Origin: Anaerovorax sp.
GTDB taxonomy: Bacteria > Bacillota > Clostridia > Peptostreptococcales > Anaerovoracaceae
Direction: 5' to 3'
DNA: 64,000 nt
Assembly: GCA_034927775.1 (NCBI GenBank)
Contig: JAYFPL010000077.1
Coordinates: 12,906 to 76,905, forward strand
The notes beneath the pieces are model-generated. The model made no database searches. It had not been told where the DNA came from and worked only from the letters and a program-made list of their open reading frames with translations. Below, piece by piece: positions 47,417 through 59,785 of the stretch. Both the position numbers and the translations under genes were made by a program. The stretch's first letter is position 1. The number at the start of each line of letters is the position of its first letter.

Positions 47417-48607
47417 TTAATCTGCTTTTGGATTTTCAAAAGTACCAAATACGATTTGTTTCCCATCTTTGACCATTATCTTTCCTTTTGCAATCACCGT
47501 ATCGATGCTTAAATCCTCTGCATTTAATAGGCAAAGGTCCGCATCGTAGCCTTCTTCAACACGGCCTTTTCCCTTAAGTTTCAGGATTCTAGCTGGATTT
47601 GAAGTGATGGCTTTTATTGCAATTTCAAGAGGAATTTCAGCCTTTTTCACACATTCCCGAACTTCCTTTAAAAGGCAGCTGCCCTTTCCGATCCCGATTC
47701 CAACAAACTCTTGCTTTTCATTGAAAATCGGAAGGCTTCCCTGACCGTCGGATGAAATTGTAAACAGATCGCTGCTGACACCTTCGTCCAACATACGCTT
47801 TATACCTGTACATACTCGAACTTCATCGCAAATGGTTTCCCAATAATCAATATCTTCATTTCCGGTAAAATCCACAAAGCCTCCATTTTTGGCATATGCT
47901 AAACATCGTTCAAAAAGCATTGCATTTCGATTGATGTGTGTTGGTAAAAATTGAGATCTCGGAATTTCTGTTTCCTCCACAGTACGCTCAATCAAATCAA
48001 TGCATCGAGGGCTATCACCTAAGTGTATATTCAAAATACCGGCTTTTCCCGACAACATGCCACCCACTCTGCTGTCTGCCGCAATTCGAATAAATTCCTC
48101 AAAGGTAGGCTGAGAAGAACGATGATCTGAAATAGCAATCTCTCCCACTCCAATAACCTTATCAAGTATCATAATATCTTTCATCAAGCTATCCGTCAAT
48201 GTATGCACCGGCACTTGATAAGATCCCGTATATACAAAAGTGCTAATACCCTCTTCTTCCAACCCTTTTGCCTTTGCTAAAAGTGATGTCATATCTCTGC
48301 CAACGCCGTCCGTACCAATGCAACCAACGACCGTCGTAATTCCACAGGTAGTAAGATCAGTTAACGTAGCTTCTGGCGTTCTTGTCGCAAAACCACCTTC
48401 ACCGCCTCCACCCATAATGTGTTCATGAGAATCAATGAATCCAGGCACTAAGCACTTTCCTGTACCATCAATGATTTCTACTTCTACATTTTGTCCTAGC
48501 TCTAAGTCTTTACCAATCTGACAGATTTTACCGCCGGCGATTAAAACATCCATCTTGCCTAAGCATTCCGGTGCATATACTGTTGCATTTTTTATTTGCT
48601 TTATCAT
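47417..48607 (-). CDS. iadA: Isoaspartyl (beta-aspartyl) dipeptidase
   Basis: GFIDSHEHIMGGGGEGGFATRTPE closely matches the IadA metal-binding signature. Confidence 0.85.
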   Translation of the reverse strand: MIKQIKNATVYAPECLGKMDVLIAGGKICQIGKDLELGQNVEVEIIDGTGKCLVPGFIDSHEHIMGGGGEGGFATRTPEATLTDLTTCGITTVVGCIGTDGVGRDMTSLLAKAKGLEEEGISTFVYTGSYQVPVHTLTDSLMKDIMILDKVIGVGEIAISDHRSSQPTFEEFIRIAADSRVGGMLSGKAGILNIHLGDSPRCIDLIERTVEETEIPRSQFLPTHINRNAMLFERCLAYAKNGGFVDFTGNEDIDYWETICDEVRVCTGIKRMLDEGVSSDLFTISSDGQGSLPIFNEKQEFVGIGIGKGSCLLKEVRECVKKAEIPLEIAIKAITSNPARILKLKGKGRVEEGYDADLCLLNAEDLSIDTVIAKGKIMVKDGKQIVFGTFENPKAD

Positions 48608-48645
48608 GGTTTACCTCTTTTGTTGTCTATCCGTTAAAACTGATT

Positions 48646-50175
48646 TTAAAAACCACTCATACTTGCAATTATTATAGTCACAACTGCCATAGCATAGAGT
48701 ATTCCTAAGAATTTCATCATAAATTTAATCCATTTTGCCCAATCAAGTCTTGCAATCGCTAAAGCACCCATTAGACAACCAGAAGTTGGAACAATTAAAT
48801 TCGTTAAAGCATCACCAAGCTGGAACGCTAAAACAGCAGTCTGACGCGTTACACCTAAAAGATCTGCTAAAGGTGCCATAATTGGCATTGTCAATGCGGC
48901 CTGACCGGAACCGGATACAACAAAGAAATTGAAAACAGACTGGAAAATATACATAAGTACTGCTGCAGCTGTTGCAGATAATCCTACAAATGCACCACTT
49001 AATCCATTTAAAATCGTATTCAATACAGTTCCGTCCGTTGGTTCTGCTCCACCAAGTACAAGCATAATACCCTGTGCCATACCAACAATCATTGCAGCTC
49101 CAACCAAATCCGATACACCCGTTTTAAAAGATTGTGCCATATCATTTATGGTCATATTATTTAGCTTAAATATGACACCGATAATACCGGCAACAATACC
49201 CATGATGAAAAACTGTGTTGCCAATTCCGGGATATAGTATCCATTTTTCATTACACCCCAAACAACCCAAACCATTCCAACTACGATAGTCAAAAGTACC
49301 AAAGCGTGACCAATTCCGAATTTTTGTACTTCCCCGGATTGTCCTTCAAAATCTTTTCTAAAGTATTCATCCGATTCAAAAGCAACGGATTTCATAGGAT
49401 CTTTTTTAATTTTCGCTGCATAAATCATTGTCAATGCAACACCAACACCCGTAAAAATCACCCACATCACAATACGGAAATTTGCACCGGAAAAAACAGG
49501 CACTCCAGCAATTCCCTGTGCAATTGCAACAGAAAACGGATTCATCCAAGAAGTACCAAATCCAATCTGCGTAGCAACATAAGTAATCAAAATTCCAACA
49601 ACGGAATCATAGCCCATTGCAATAACAAGTGGAATTAAAATCATTGCGAAAGGTAAAGCTTCCTCTCCCATACCAAATACGGCTCCTCCAAGAGAAAAGA
49701 GTATAAACAGTAAAGGAAGTAATAGCTTTTCTCTTCCCTGCGTTTTTCCAATCATATTCATAATTCCGGTTTCTACCGCACCTGTACGCAAAATAATTCC
49801 AAATGCACCACCGATGACTAAAATAAACGCAATAACACCAACTGCAGAACCCCATTTGTCGCCTTTTACCATACCTTCAAATACATAATTGAATAAGCCG
49901 ACTTCACCATATGGTTCAAACAAAGAAATACCTTCTTTTAATGGTTCTCCATTATCATTCAATACATACTGAAAGCTTCCGTCTTGAATGACTGTTCTGG
50001 TTTTTTCTACCCCATTTACCATGTATGTAACTTCCTCAGTCGAATACATACCTTGAGGAATGAGGTAGGTTAGCAATGCAGCTAAAACTACTACCAGAAA
50101 AATAATGACGTAAGTATCCGGCATTTGAAAGCCTTTGTTTAGAGTTTCTAAACCTTTTTTCTTATCCTTACTCAT
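48646..50175 (-). CDS. YfcC family (C4-dicarboxylate anaerobic carrier-like) transporter
   Basis: Polytopic. N-terminal KKKGLETLNKGFQMPDTYVIIFLVVV is typical of YfcC. Start at ATG 50175 behind a GGAGGTG RBS. Confidence 0.75.
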   Translation of the reverse strand: MSKDKKKGLETLNKGFQMPDTYVIIFLVVVLAALLTYLIPQGMYSTEEVTYMVNGVEKTRTVIQDGSFQYVLNDNGEPLKEGISLFEPYGEVGLFNYVFEGMVKGDKWGSAVGVIAFILVIGGAFGIILRTGAVETGIMNMIGKTQGREKLLLPLLFILFSLGGAVFGMGEEALPFAMILIPLVIAMGYDSVVGILITYVATQIGFGTSWMNPFSVAIAQGIAGVPVFSGANFRIVMWVIFTGVGVALTMIYAAKIKKDPMKSVAFESDEYFRKDFEGQSGEVQKFGIGHALVLLTIVVGMVWVVWGVMKNGYYIPELATQFFIMGIVAGIIGVIFKLNNMTINDMAQSFKTGVSDLVGAAMIVGMAQGIMLVLGGAEPTDGTVLNTILNGLSGAFVGLSATAAAVLMYIFQSVFNFFVVSGSGQAALTMPIMAPLADLLGVTRQTAVLAFQLGDALTNLIVPTSGCLMGALAIARLDWAKWIKFMMKFLGILYAMAVVTIIIASMSGF

Positions 50176-50223
50176 TTCACACCTCCAAAAATAAATATAA
50201 ATAACTTCTGACAAAATAATATA

Positions 50224-50239
50224 AGCAAAAAGGATGCCA
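50224..50239 (-). promoter_or_regulatory. Sigma-54 (-24/-12) promoter
   Basis: Minus strand TGGCATCCTTTTTGCT has exact TGGCAC-N5-TTGCW spacing. It lies about 50 nt upstream of the yfcC start, next to a sigma-54 activator gene. Confidence 0.7.
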
Positions 50240-50283
50240 TTTCTAAATATTCTCCTCTTTTTAGATGAAAATATATAAAAAAA

Positions 50284-50328
50284 GCAAGGATATTTCCTAA
50301 TTTTTACTTTATTATAGGAAACTCTTGC
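50284..50328. promoter_or_regulatory. Imperfect inverted repeat, candidate enhancer (UAS) for the sigma-54 activator
   Basis: GCAAGgatatTTCCTA - N17 - TAGGAAActCTTGC, 50-100 nt upstream of the -24/-12 element. Confidence 0.3.
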
Positions 50329-50392
50329 TTTATCTCTATCGCTTTATTTAATTTTTATCATTAAACAATCTAATAAAATTGGTCTTATGGCT

Positions 50393-52192
50393 TTATTTGG
50401 TTGCCATTTTTTCCAAAACCATTTCTCCTTTTTTTGTTAAACTAGCCCCACTCCGACCCTTTTTTAGAATTAAATAATCTTCTCTTTCCAATTGTTTAAG
50501 GCGAGTTCTAACTTGACCTTCCGTACAATGTTTTCCGCAATTTGTTAAATATCTTGCTATATTTACTCTTCCGGCAATACGTTTTTGTTTTTGCAAATTC
50601 GATACAGCTTGTAATATTTCAAAAAGCTCTACACTGATTGATTCAAAAAAATTAGCAAAGGACTGTGCACTTTTGATATGATCCGTGTCATCCGTTGTAA
50701 ATTCAAAAAAATGTGTATCCGGTAAATCACATATGCAAAGATGATTTTCTTTCTGCCTAACGGCTAACATATATTTAATCGTATTATATAATTCTCTCAC
50801 ATTCCCATTCCATCTAAGTTTTTGAAATACATTAAAAACCTCATCTTCAACCTCTATGGAATGACCAAGTTCTTTTTTTATGAAATGCTTCACTAAAGGT
50901 TTTATTTCTTCTGGCATTTCTCGCAAAGTTGGTAAATGAATGCATCCCATTTTTAAACGAAAATAAAGATCCGCACGAAATTGCCCATTATGAACCATTT
51001 CTTTTAAATTTTTATTCGTTGCAGCGATGACTCGAATATCTACTTTTTTTATATTATTTCCTCCAAGAGGCATAATTTCTTTTTCTTGCAAAACACGCAG
51101 TAGTTTTGTTTGCATTCTTGCAGAAATGTCACCGATTTCATCTAAAAATATGCTTCCACCGTCTGCTTGCTCAAAAAGCCCTCGTTTTCCTCCTTTTCGA
51201 GCACCTGTAAATGCACCTTCTTCATATCCAAACAATTCGCTTTCCATCAATTCTTCCGGAAAAGCACTGAAATTTGCAGCCACATACGGACCATTTTTCC
51301 GATTGGATGCATTATGGATGGAGGATGCAAACAATTCTTTCCCAGTTCCGCTTTCTCCTTCAATTAATACAGTTAAATCCGTTTTCGCTAGTTTTTTTGC
51401 TTTTTCCTTTTCTTCTAACAGCCTCGGTGATGTCCCCAATAGATTTGAAAAAGAATGAACCGCAACATAACCCTTACTCTGCAGTTTTTCTTTTAAGAGA
51501 TTTCGCATTACTTCCGTTTCAGCATTCATTAAAACCATTTTTTTTGAAATCTCAATAATTTTTGTTGTATATGGACGAACGACAGAATTTCCATCCCAAT
51601 TAGATACACCGATTAATTCAGCAATTCCGACTAAGGAAGCAAGGTCTAAACCACGCGGCTTTAAATCTATAATTTTTCCAATGCTCCTCGGTACCATATG
51701 AACTTCGCCCGGAGTAATCGCAATCGAAAAAGCAGACAAATCAAGAGGTTTTTTCCCCTCTTTTTTATAGTCTGCTTCCATTGCGGGATACCATGCAACG
51801 TATTCGATATGATTGACCCCTATCTCGAATAAATTTTGAATACAAGTCTCTGCCGTTTCTTTTGCATCATTAACAAATAAAACCTTTTGGCCTTTTGAGA
51901 TTGTTATAACCTGCTCAATTTCATCCAACTGCAAAAAACGCCGGCACACAAAATAGGAAATCCCTTCTGTTAAAAGATTTGCTTCTTCCATCTCTCTTTT
52001 TAGCTCAGCACTGGAAAGCAGAACAATATCTGCGGCTTGCTCCACTTCATGAATCTGCCCTAAGCCCGTATCAAGCGCATAAGAAATAATCTGGATTCCT
52101 TCTCCCAGAACATCTTTTAATTGTTGCTCCAGACATTTTTTTGTTCCTTCCGAACCGGCAATGAGCACAACCGTTTTTTTTGCATTTGTCAT
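50393..52192 (-). CDS. Sigma-54 dependent transcriptional activator (bEBP)
   Basis: AAA+ core with GESGTGKELFA and the sigma-54 contact loop EEGAFTGA. N-terminal PrpR_N-like sensory region. C-terminal winged-helix-like tail. Confidence 0.85.
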   Translation of the reverse strand: MTNAKKTVVLIAGSEGTKKCLEQQLKDVLGEGIQIISYALDTGLGQIHEVEQAADIVLLSSAELKREMEEANLLTEGISYFVCRRFLQLDEIEQVITISKGQKVLFVNDAKETAETCIQNLFEIGVNHIEYVAWYPAMEADYKKEGKKPLDLSAFSIAITPGEVHMVPRSIGKIIDLKPRGLDLASLVGIAELIGVSNWDGNSVVRPYTTKIIEISKKMVLMNAETEVMRNLLKEKLQSKGYVAVHSFSNLLGTSPRLLEEKEKAKKLAKTDLTVLIEGESGTGKELFASSIHNASNRKNGPYVAANFSAFPEELMESELFGYEEGAFTGARKGGKRGLFEQADGGSIFLDEIGDISARMQTKLLRVLQEKEIMPLGGNNIKKVDIRVIAATNKNLKEMVHNGQFRADLYFRLKMGCIHLPTLREMPEEIKPLVKHFIKKELGHSIEVEDEVFNVFQKLRWNGNVRELYNTIKYMLAVRQKENHLCICDLPDTHFFEFTTDDTDHIKSAQSFANFFESISVELFEILQAVSNLQKQKRIAGRVNIARYLTNCGKHCTEGQVRTRLKQLEREDYLILKKGRSGASLTKKGEMVLEKMATK

Positions 52193-52203
52193 AGGTTCTA
52201 TCC

Positions 52204-53184
52204 TTAATATCCTAAACCAAACCGTTCCTTTACACGTTTTATTGTTACTTCAGAAATAGCATTGGCACGTTCTGCGCCATCCTTTAAAATCTCTAATAAT
52301 TCCTGAGATTCTCTGATTTCCTGAAAACGTTCTTGAATTGGTGTCATAGCATCTACTGCAATTTCAACCAAATCCTTTTTAAAATCACCGTATCCATGTC
52401 CTTCATAGTTTCTTTCAATTTCTGAAACTTCTTTCCCGGAAAACGCACTGTAAATGTTAAGTAAATTACTGATTCCTTGTTTATTCTCCATGTCAAAACG
52501 AACGACACCATCCGAATCCGTAGTTGCTTTCATAATAGATTTTTTTATTTTTTGCGGCGTATCCAGTAACGATATACGACTGTGTACATTTTCTGCACTT
52601 TTACTCATTTTACATGTAGGATCATCCAACGCCATAATACGTGCGCCGCTCTTTAAAAATCTTCCATCCGGCACAACGAAGGTATTCCCATATTTATTAT
52701 TTACACGAATCGCAAGGTCTCTTGTCAGTTCAATATGTTGCTTCTGGTCATTCCCAACCGGAACAATGTCCGTATCATAAAGTAAAATATCTGCTGCCAT
52801 CAAAACCGGATAGTTAAATAATCCTGCAGGAGCAGACTCTCTTCCTTTGCTTTTCTGTTTAAATTGCGTCATACGAGAAAGTTCACCTGTATATGCCGCA
52901 CAAGTCAATACCCAACAAAGTTCTGCATGTCCGCTGACATCTGATTGTACAAAAACAATAGACTTTTTAGGATCCAATCCAACTGCGAGATAAAGTGCTG
53001 CAACATCTAGAATATTTTTACGTAAGGTCGCCGGATCTTGTTGAACCGTAATCGAATGCATATCTACAATGCAATACAAACAATCGTTTTCATTCTGTAA
53101 TTCCACAAACTGTTTCAAAGCACCTAAATAATTCCCAATATGTATATTTCCTGTAGGCTGAACACCTGAAAACACCCTTTTCAT
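52204..53184 (-). CDS. trpS: Tryptophan--tRNA ligase
   Basis: FSGVQPTGNIHIGNYLG (HIGH) and KMSKS. ATG 53184 behind GGAGGG, 2 nt after the sigB stop. Confidence 0.95.
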   Translation of the reverse strand: MKRVFSGVQPTGNIHIGNYLGALKQFVELQNENDCLYCIVDMHSITVQQDPATLRKNILDVAALYLAVGLDPKKSIVFVQSDVSGHAELCWVLTCAAYTGELSRMTQFKQKSKGRESAPAGLFNYPVLMAADILLYDTDIVPVGNDQKQHIELTRDLAIRVNNKYGNTFVVPDGRFLKSGARIMALDDPTCKMSKSAENVHSRISLLDTPQKIKKSIMKATTDSDGVVRFDMENKQGISNLLNIYSAFSGKEVSEIERNYEGHGYGDFKKDLVEIAVDAMTPIQERFQEIRESQELLEILKDGAERANAISEVTIKRVKERFGLGY

Positions 53185-53186
53185 AA

Positions 53187-53939
53187 TTAAACCCTCCATG
53201 CTTCCTTAAACCTGTCCTTTAATTTCTTTTCAATTCTTGATATCGTCATCTGTGAAACACCAAATTCTTCTGCAATTTGTTGTTGTGTTTTATTTTGTAC
53301 GAATCGTTTTTGAAACAGCTGTCGTTCCTGCTCATCCAATTTATCCAATACACCTTTTATTAGTTCTGCATCTTCAAAACTAGAAAATCCGCTATCTTCA
53401 ACACCCATATATTTTTCAAATACAGAACCGTCTCCCTCGTCCTGATTATCATCAAAGGTCTGTTGCAAGGAATATGCTCCGTAAGATTGTCCGCTTTCCA
53501 TTGCTTCCAATATCTGCTCCTGTGTATGCCCAAGATATTCCGCCAACTCTTTTACCGTTGGAACACGGTGAAGCTTTGAGGAAAGTGCTTCTTTTGCCTT
53601 TGGAAGCTGAGCAGATATTTCTTTAAGCCGCCTTGGTACCTTAATCATCCATCCTTTGTCTCTAAAATACCGTTTAATTTCACCAATGATAGTCGGCGTA
53701 GCAAAACTAGTAAATTCAAATCCTTTCGATGCATCAAACCGTTCCACGGCAAAAACCAAAGCCATAGAACCTACCTGATATAAATCTTCGTATTCCACGC
53801 CTTTGTTTAAATATTTCCGTATTAAAATATCAATCATATATAAATAATGTTCGACAATTTGATTTCTCAGCTCAATATTTTTGGTTTGGCTGTATTTTTC
53901 AAATAAGTCTTTCACATTGGTTTGGTTCATTGAGGACAT
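53187..53939 (-). CDS. sigB: RNA polymerase sigma factor, SigB/F/G subfamily, SigB-like
   Basis: [29 protein letters not shown] and [13 protein letters not shown] match B. subtilis SigB ([41 protein letters not shown]) better than SigF. Confidence 0.75.
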   Translation of the reverse strand: [250 protein letters not shown]

Positions 53940-53954
53940 AGAAAACTCCTAAAC

Positions 53955-54362
53955 TCATTTGCAATTACAATACTTTACCATTTTAATTTTTGTTCCCGCC
54001 CCGATTTCAGAAAAAATATCAACTTCATCCATAAGTGCACGTATGATAAAAATACCCAAACCACCTTCTTTCGGTTCATCGGGATTTGGCATTTGATATT
54101 TGCTCATATCATAACCGCCTGCTTGGTCCGTAATAAAAATCGTGATTTGCTCTTTGCAAACCTCACAGGTTACTTCATAAGATTGTACCCCTGGGCACCC
54201 ATGACGTACGACATTCGTACACGCTTCTGAAACCGCTACTTTAATGTCATCAATGGCTTCTACATCAAAACCGATGCTGTTTGCCAAAGAAGAAACCGCC
54301 ATGCGGATCATACTTACGTATTCCGGTTTTCCAGGGACTGAAATTTTCAATAAGTCTGTCAT
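53955..54362 (-). CDS. rsbW: Anti-sigma factor serine kinase (RsbW/SpoIIAB family)
   Basis: HATPase_c-type motifs VSEACTNVVRHG and GGLGIFIIRALMDEV. Confidence 0.8.
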   Translation of the reverse strand: MTDLLKISVPGKPEYVSMIRMAVSSLANSIGFDVEAIDDIKVAVSEACTNVVRHGCPGVQSYEVTCEVCKEQITIFITDQAGGYDMSKYQMPNPDEPKEGGLGIFIIRALMDEVDIFSEIGAGTKIKMVKYCNCK

Positions 54363-54380
54363 TCAAATCTCCTCGTTTCC

Positions 54381-54689
54381 TTATAGAAAAATTTTGTCAA
54401 GACTGGTGATACACAATAACTTTTCAATGTTTTCTCTGGGATTTAAAAGGGTAATTTTCTTACCCTTTTCTTGCATTCTTGCGTATGCACCAATCATTAC
54501 TCCAAGCCCGGTACTGTCAATGTAGTTTAAATGATCCAAATGCAATAACATATCTTCTGCATTTTCTAAAAAATTATTGTCCAATGCAGCTCGAAGATCT
54601 GGAGCGGTTAAAATATCTACCTCTCCATATAAAACAATTTCCCATTTTTTTATTTCCTCATTGAAATGACTATCAATCTGCAATGCCAT
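54381..54689 (-). CDS. rsbV: Anti-sigma factor antagonist (STAS, RsbV/SpoIIAA family)
   Basis: YIDSTGLGVMIG contains the phosphorylatable Ser. Confidence 0.8.
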   Translation of the reverse strand: MALQIDSHFNEEIKKWEIVLYGEVDILTAPDLRAALDNNFLENAEDMLLHLDHLNYIDSTGLGVMIGAYARMQEKGKKITLLNPRENIEKLLCITSLDKIFL

Positions 54690-54767
54690 CTTTTTATGTC
54701 CTCCTAAAAACTATACCCCTGCCGGTTGTATTTTAAACGTTTAGAATCCTTTTTATTTGCTTACAAT

Positions 54768-57251
54768 TTAAAGTTTTATTTGGGAATTTTTTTTGTTTTC
54801 TTCTTGAATCTCATCCTCATCTTCATCTTCACGAACTACCTTAGCCATTGCAATGATGTTCGCATCGTCTTCCACCTTCATTATCTTAACTCCTTGCGTT
54901 GCTCTGCCGAGTCTTGATACTTCCGATGCCTTGATTCGAATGATAATACCATCCGAATTAATCAGTAAAATTTCATCATTTTCATTGACAACCATAGCAC
55001 CGATTAATTCTCCAGTTTTACTGAATTTTGCTTTATCATAAGTCAAAAGACCTTTACCGCCTCTTGCTTGAACCTTATAATCTTTAACTGCTGTTCTCTT
55101 TCCGTAACCAGCTTGTGTAACTACCAATAGTTCTTCTTCTTTTTCTGCAAGCTCCATAGCAACCACTTCATCGCCTTTTTCTAAAGAAATTGCACGTACG
55201 CCACCTGCTAAACGACCCATTGGTCTCACATCTTCTTCACTGAAGCAAATACACTTGCCATGCTTTGTTACAATAATGACATTGCTCGTTCCGGAAGTCT
55301 CTTTGATTCCGATAAGTTGGTCACCTTCTTTTAGATTAATCGCGATCAATCCGGTTTTACGGTTAGTATCAAATTGCGCCATATCCATTTTCTTAATGGT
55401 ACCCTTTTTTGTAACTGCAATCAAATACTTATTTGCATCAAAGGATTGAATCGGAATCACTGCCGTAATTCTTTCACGCTGCATTAAATTTAAGAAATTT
55501 ACTGCAGGCGTACCCTTTGCAGTTCTCTGCGCTTCCGGAATTTCATAGGCTTTGATGCGATGTGCTTTTCCGGTATTTGTAAAGAACATTAAGTAATCAT
55601 GTGTTGATGTAATCAACATATTCTTTACAAAATCATTTTCTCTTGTAGTCAGTCCGGTAATTCCTTTTCCTCCACGTTTCTGTGTTTTATAGGTATCGGA
55701 TGATACACGCTTGATATATCCTAAATGTGTTAAAGTAATTGCTACATTTTCTTCTGCAATTAAATCTTCTTCGTCAATTTCTTGTGCATCGGCTACAATT
55801 TGTGTTCTACGTTTATCGCTGTATTTTTTCTTAATTTCAAGAAGCTCATCTTTAATAACACCCATCAATTTTTTTTCATCTGCAAGTAAGCTCTTGTAGT
55901 AAGCGATTTTTTCCATCAATTCTTTATATTCTGCTTCGATTTTTTCTCGTTCCAATCCTTGCAGTCTGGCAAGACGCATATCTAAAATAGCTTGTGCCTG
56001 TAATTCAGAAAGTCCAAAGCGCTCCATTAAACGAGGCTTTGCATCGTTATAGCTGGATCGAATGATTTTGATAATTTCATCAATGTTATCAAGAGCAATG
56101 CGTAAACCTTCTAAGATATGTGCCCTTGCTTCTGCTTTATTTAAATCAAAAATCGTTCTTCTTGTAACAACATCCTTCTGATGCTTTAGATACTCTACTA
56201 AAATTTCTCTTAAATTCAATAACTTTGGCTGCCCATTGACAAGAGCAATCATAATCATACTGTAACTATCTTGCATTTGGGTATGTTTATACAAACGATT
56301 TAAAGTAATCTGCGGATTTGCATCTCTTTTCAACTCGATGACAATACGCATACCATGACGGTTGGATTCATCTCGAATGTCGGAAATACCTTCAATTTTC
56401 TTTTCTTTTACCAAATCTGCGATTTTTTCAATCAATCTTGATTTATTTACTTGATAAGGAATTTCTGTGACAATAATCTGTTGTCTTCCTTTTGCCGTTT
56501 CTTCAAATTCCACTTTTGCACGAACCACTACTTTTCCTTGTCCTGTACGATAAGCTTCCTTTGCATTATTTTTACCCATAATGATAGCGCCCGTAGGAAA
56601 ATCTGGTGCTTTTATAATTTTAATCAAATCCTCTACGGTTGCATCTTCATCATCAATTAGTTTTATAGCACCATCAATTACCTCACCAAGATTGTGAGGC
56701 GGAATGGAGGTTGCCATACCAACGGCAATCCCGTTGGAACCATTTACTAAAAGGTTTGGAAAACGAGACGGTAATACGGTCGGCTCTTTTTCTTCTTCAT
56801 CAAAGTTCGGCATAAAATCAACCGTTTCTTTGTCAATATCTCGAAGCATTTCCAAAGCAAACGGAGTCATTCTTGCTTCGGTGTAACGCATTGCCGCAGC
56901 CCCGTCTCCATCGACAGAACCAAAGTTTCCATGACCGTCGACCATCATATAGCGAATGGAGAAATCCTGTGCCATACGAACCATCGCATCATAAATCGAG
57001 CTATCTCCATGAGGGTGATATTTACCCATTACTTCACCGACAATACGAGCCGATTTTTTATGCGGCTTATCCGGTGTAACGCCAAGTTCGCTCATTCCAT
57101 ATAAAATTCTTCGATGAACTGGCTTAAGTCCATCTCTTACATCGGGTAATGCTCTTCCTACAATAACGCTCATTGCGTAATCAATATAGGAGTTTTTCAT
57201 TTCATCATGAATTTCATGCTGAATGACTTTTGTATCTTCTAATAAATTCAT
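54768..57251 (-). CDS. gyrA: DNA gyrase subunit A
   Basis: [28 protein letters not shown], the active-site region [10 protein letters not shown], and C-terminal beta-pinwheel repeats. Confidence 0.97.
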   Translation of the reverse strand: MNLLEDTKVIQHEIHDEMKNSYIDYAMSVIVGRALPDVRDGLKPVHRRILYGMSELGVTPDKPHKKSARIVGEVMGKYHPHGDSSIYDAMVRMAQDFSIRYMMVDGHGNFGSVDGDGAAAMRYTEARMTPFALEMLRDIDKETVDFMPNFDEEEKEPTVLPSRFPNLLVNGSNGIAVGMATSIPPHNLGEVIDGAIKLIDDEDATVEDLIKIIKAPDFPTGAIIMGKNNAKEAYRTGQGKVVVRAKVEFEETAKGRQQIIVTEIPYQVNKSRLIEKIADLVKEKKIEGISDIRDESNRHGMRIVIELKRDANPQITLNRLYKHTQMQDSYSMIMIALVNGQPKLLNLREILVEYLKHQKDVVTRRTIFDLNKAEARAHILEGLRIALDNIDEIIKIIRSSYNDAKPRLMERFGLSELQAQAILDMRLARLQGLEREKIEAEYKELMEKIAYYKSLLADEKKLMGVIKDELLEIKKKYSDKRRTQIVADAQEIDEEDLIAEENVAITLTHLGYIKRVSSDTYKTQKRGGKGITGLTTRENDFVKNMLITSTHDYLMFFTNTGKAHRIKAYEIPEAQRTAKGTPAVNFLNLMQRERITAVIPIQSFDANKYLIAVTKKGTIKKMDMAQFDTNRKTGLIAINLKEGDQLIGIKETSGTSNVIIVTKHGKCICFSEEDVRPMGRLAGGVRAISLEKGDEVVAMELAEKEEELLVVTQAGYGKRTAVKDYKVQARGGKGLLTYDKAKFSKTGELIGAMVVNENDEILLINSDGIIIRIKASEVSRLGRATQGVKIMKVEDDANIIAMAKVVREDEDEDEIQEENKKNSQIKL

Positions 57252-57267
57252 TTTGCTTTCTTTCCTC

Positions 57268-59235
<1,968 letters not shown>

Positions 59236-59496
59236 TCATATTGTTTTATCAAATCTTATCGTATTTTCTTCAAAACCTCTAATTCAAACCATGCACAAAA
59301 AGGCTTTTCGAGTAAACTCATTAAAAACCTTTCTTCTTATATTTTATTCATAAACTTCATTATAACTTAATTCTTGCCAATATACAACTTTTTTACCAAA
59401 ACAGCTTAAAATATTAAAAAGTTTATTTTCGCGCTTCTAATCGGCGTTTTTCGGTTTTGCCACTATATTTTATTCTTTTATATATATTGCCTTTTT

Positions 59497-59708
59497 CAAT
59501 CCACATCTTATCCTTAATTTTTTCTAGTATTTTTTGATTTTTCTCCATTTATTTCTCTATAAAATTTTTTATTTGCTACCTTTATTTTTTGATTTTACAC
59601 AATATCTGCACATTGTGAACAGATTTACTTGTTTTACCCACAAATTGTGTATAACTTCTGTTAATCTGATTTTTTCATTATTTTCTTTTAGGTATTGCCT
59701 GTGGATAA
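59497..59708. other. oriC part 1: DnaA-box cluster and AT-rich tract upstream of dnaA
   Basis: Perfect box TGTGGATAA at 59700-59708. 8/9 boxes TTACCCACA (59634-59642) and TGTGTATAA (59646-59654). Weaker boxes at about 59497 and 59508. T-rich tract at 59521-59600. Confidence 0.75.
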
Positions 59709-59785
59709 CTTTTTTTGTTATGATATCTGTACGTAATTATCTTATAAATAACTATTAAAATATCTATTTTTAGAATGGAGTACCA

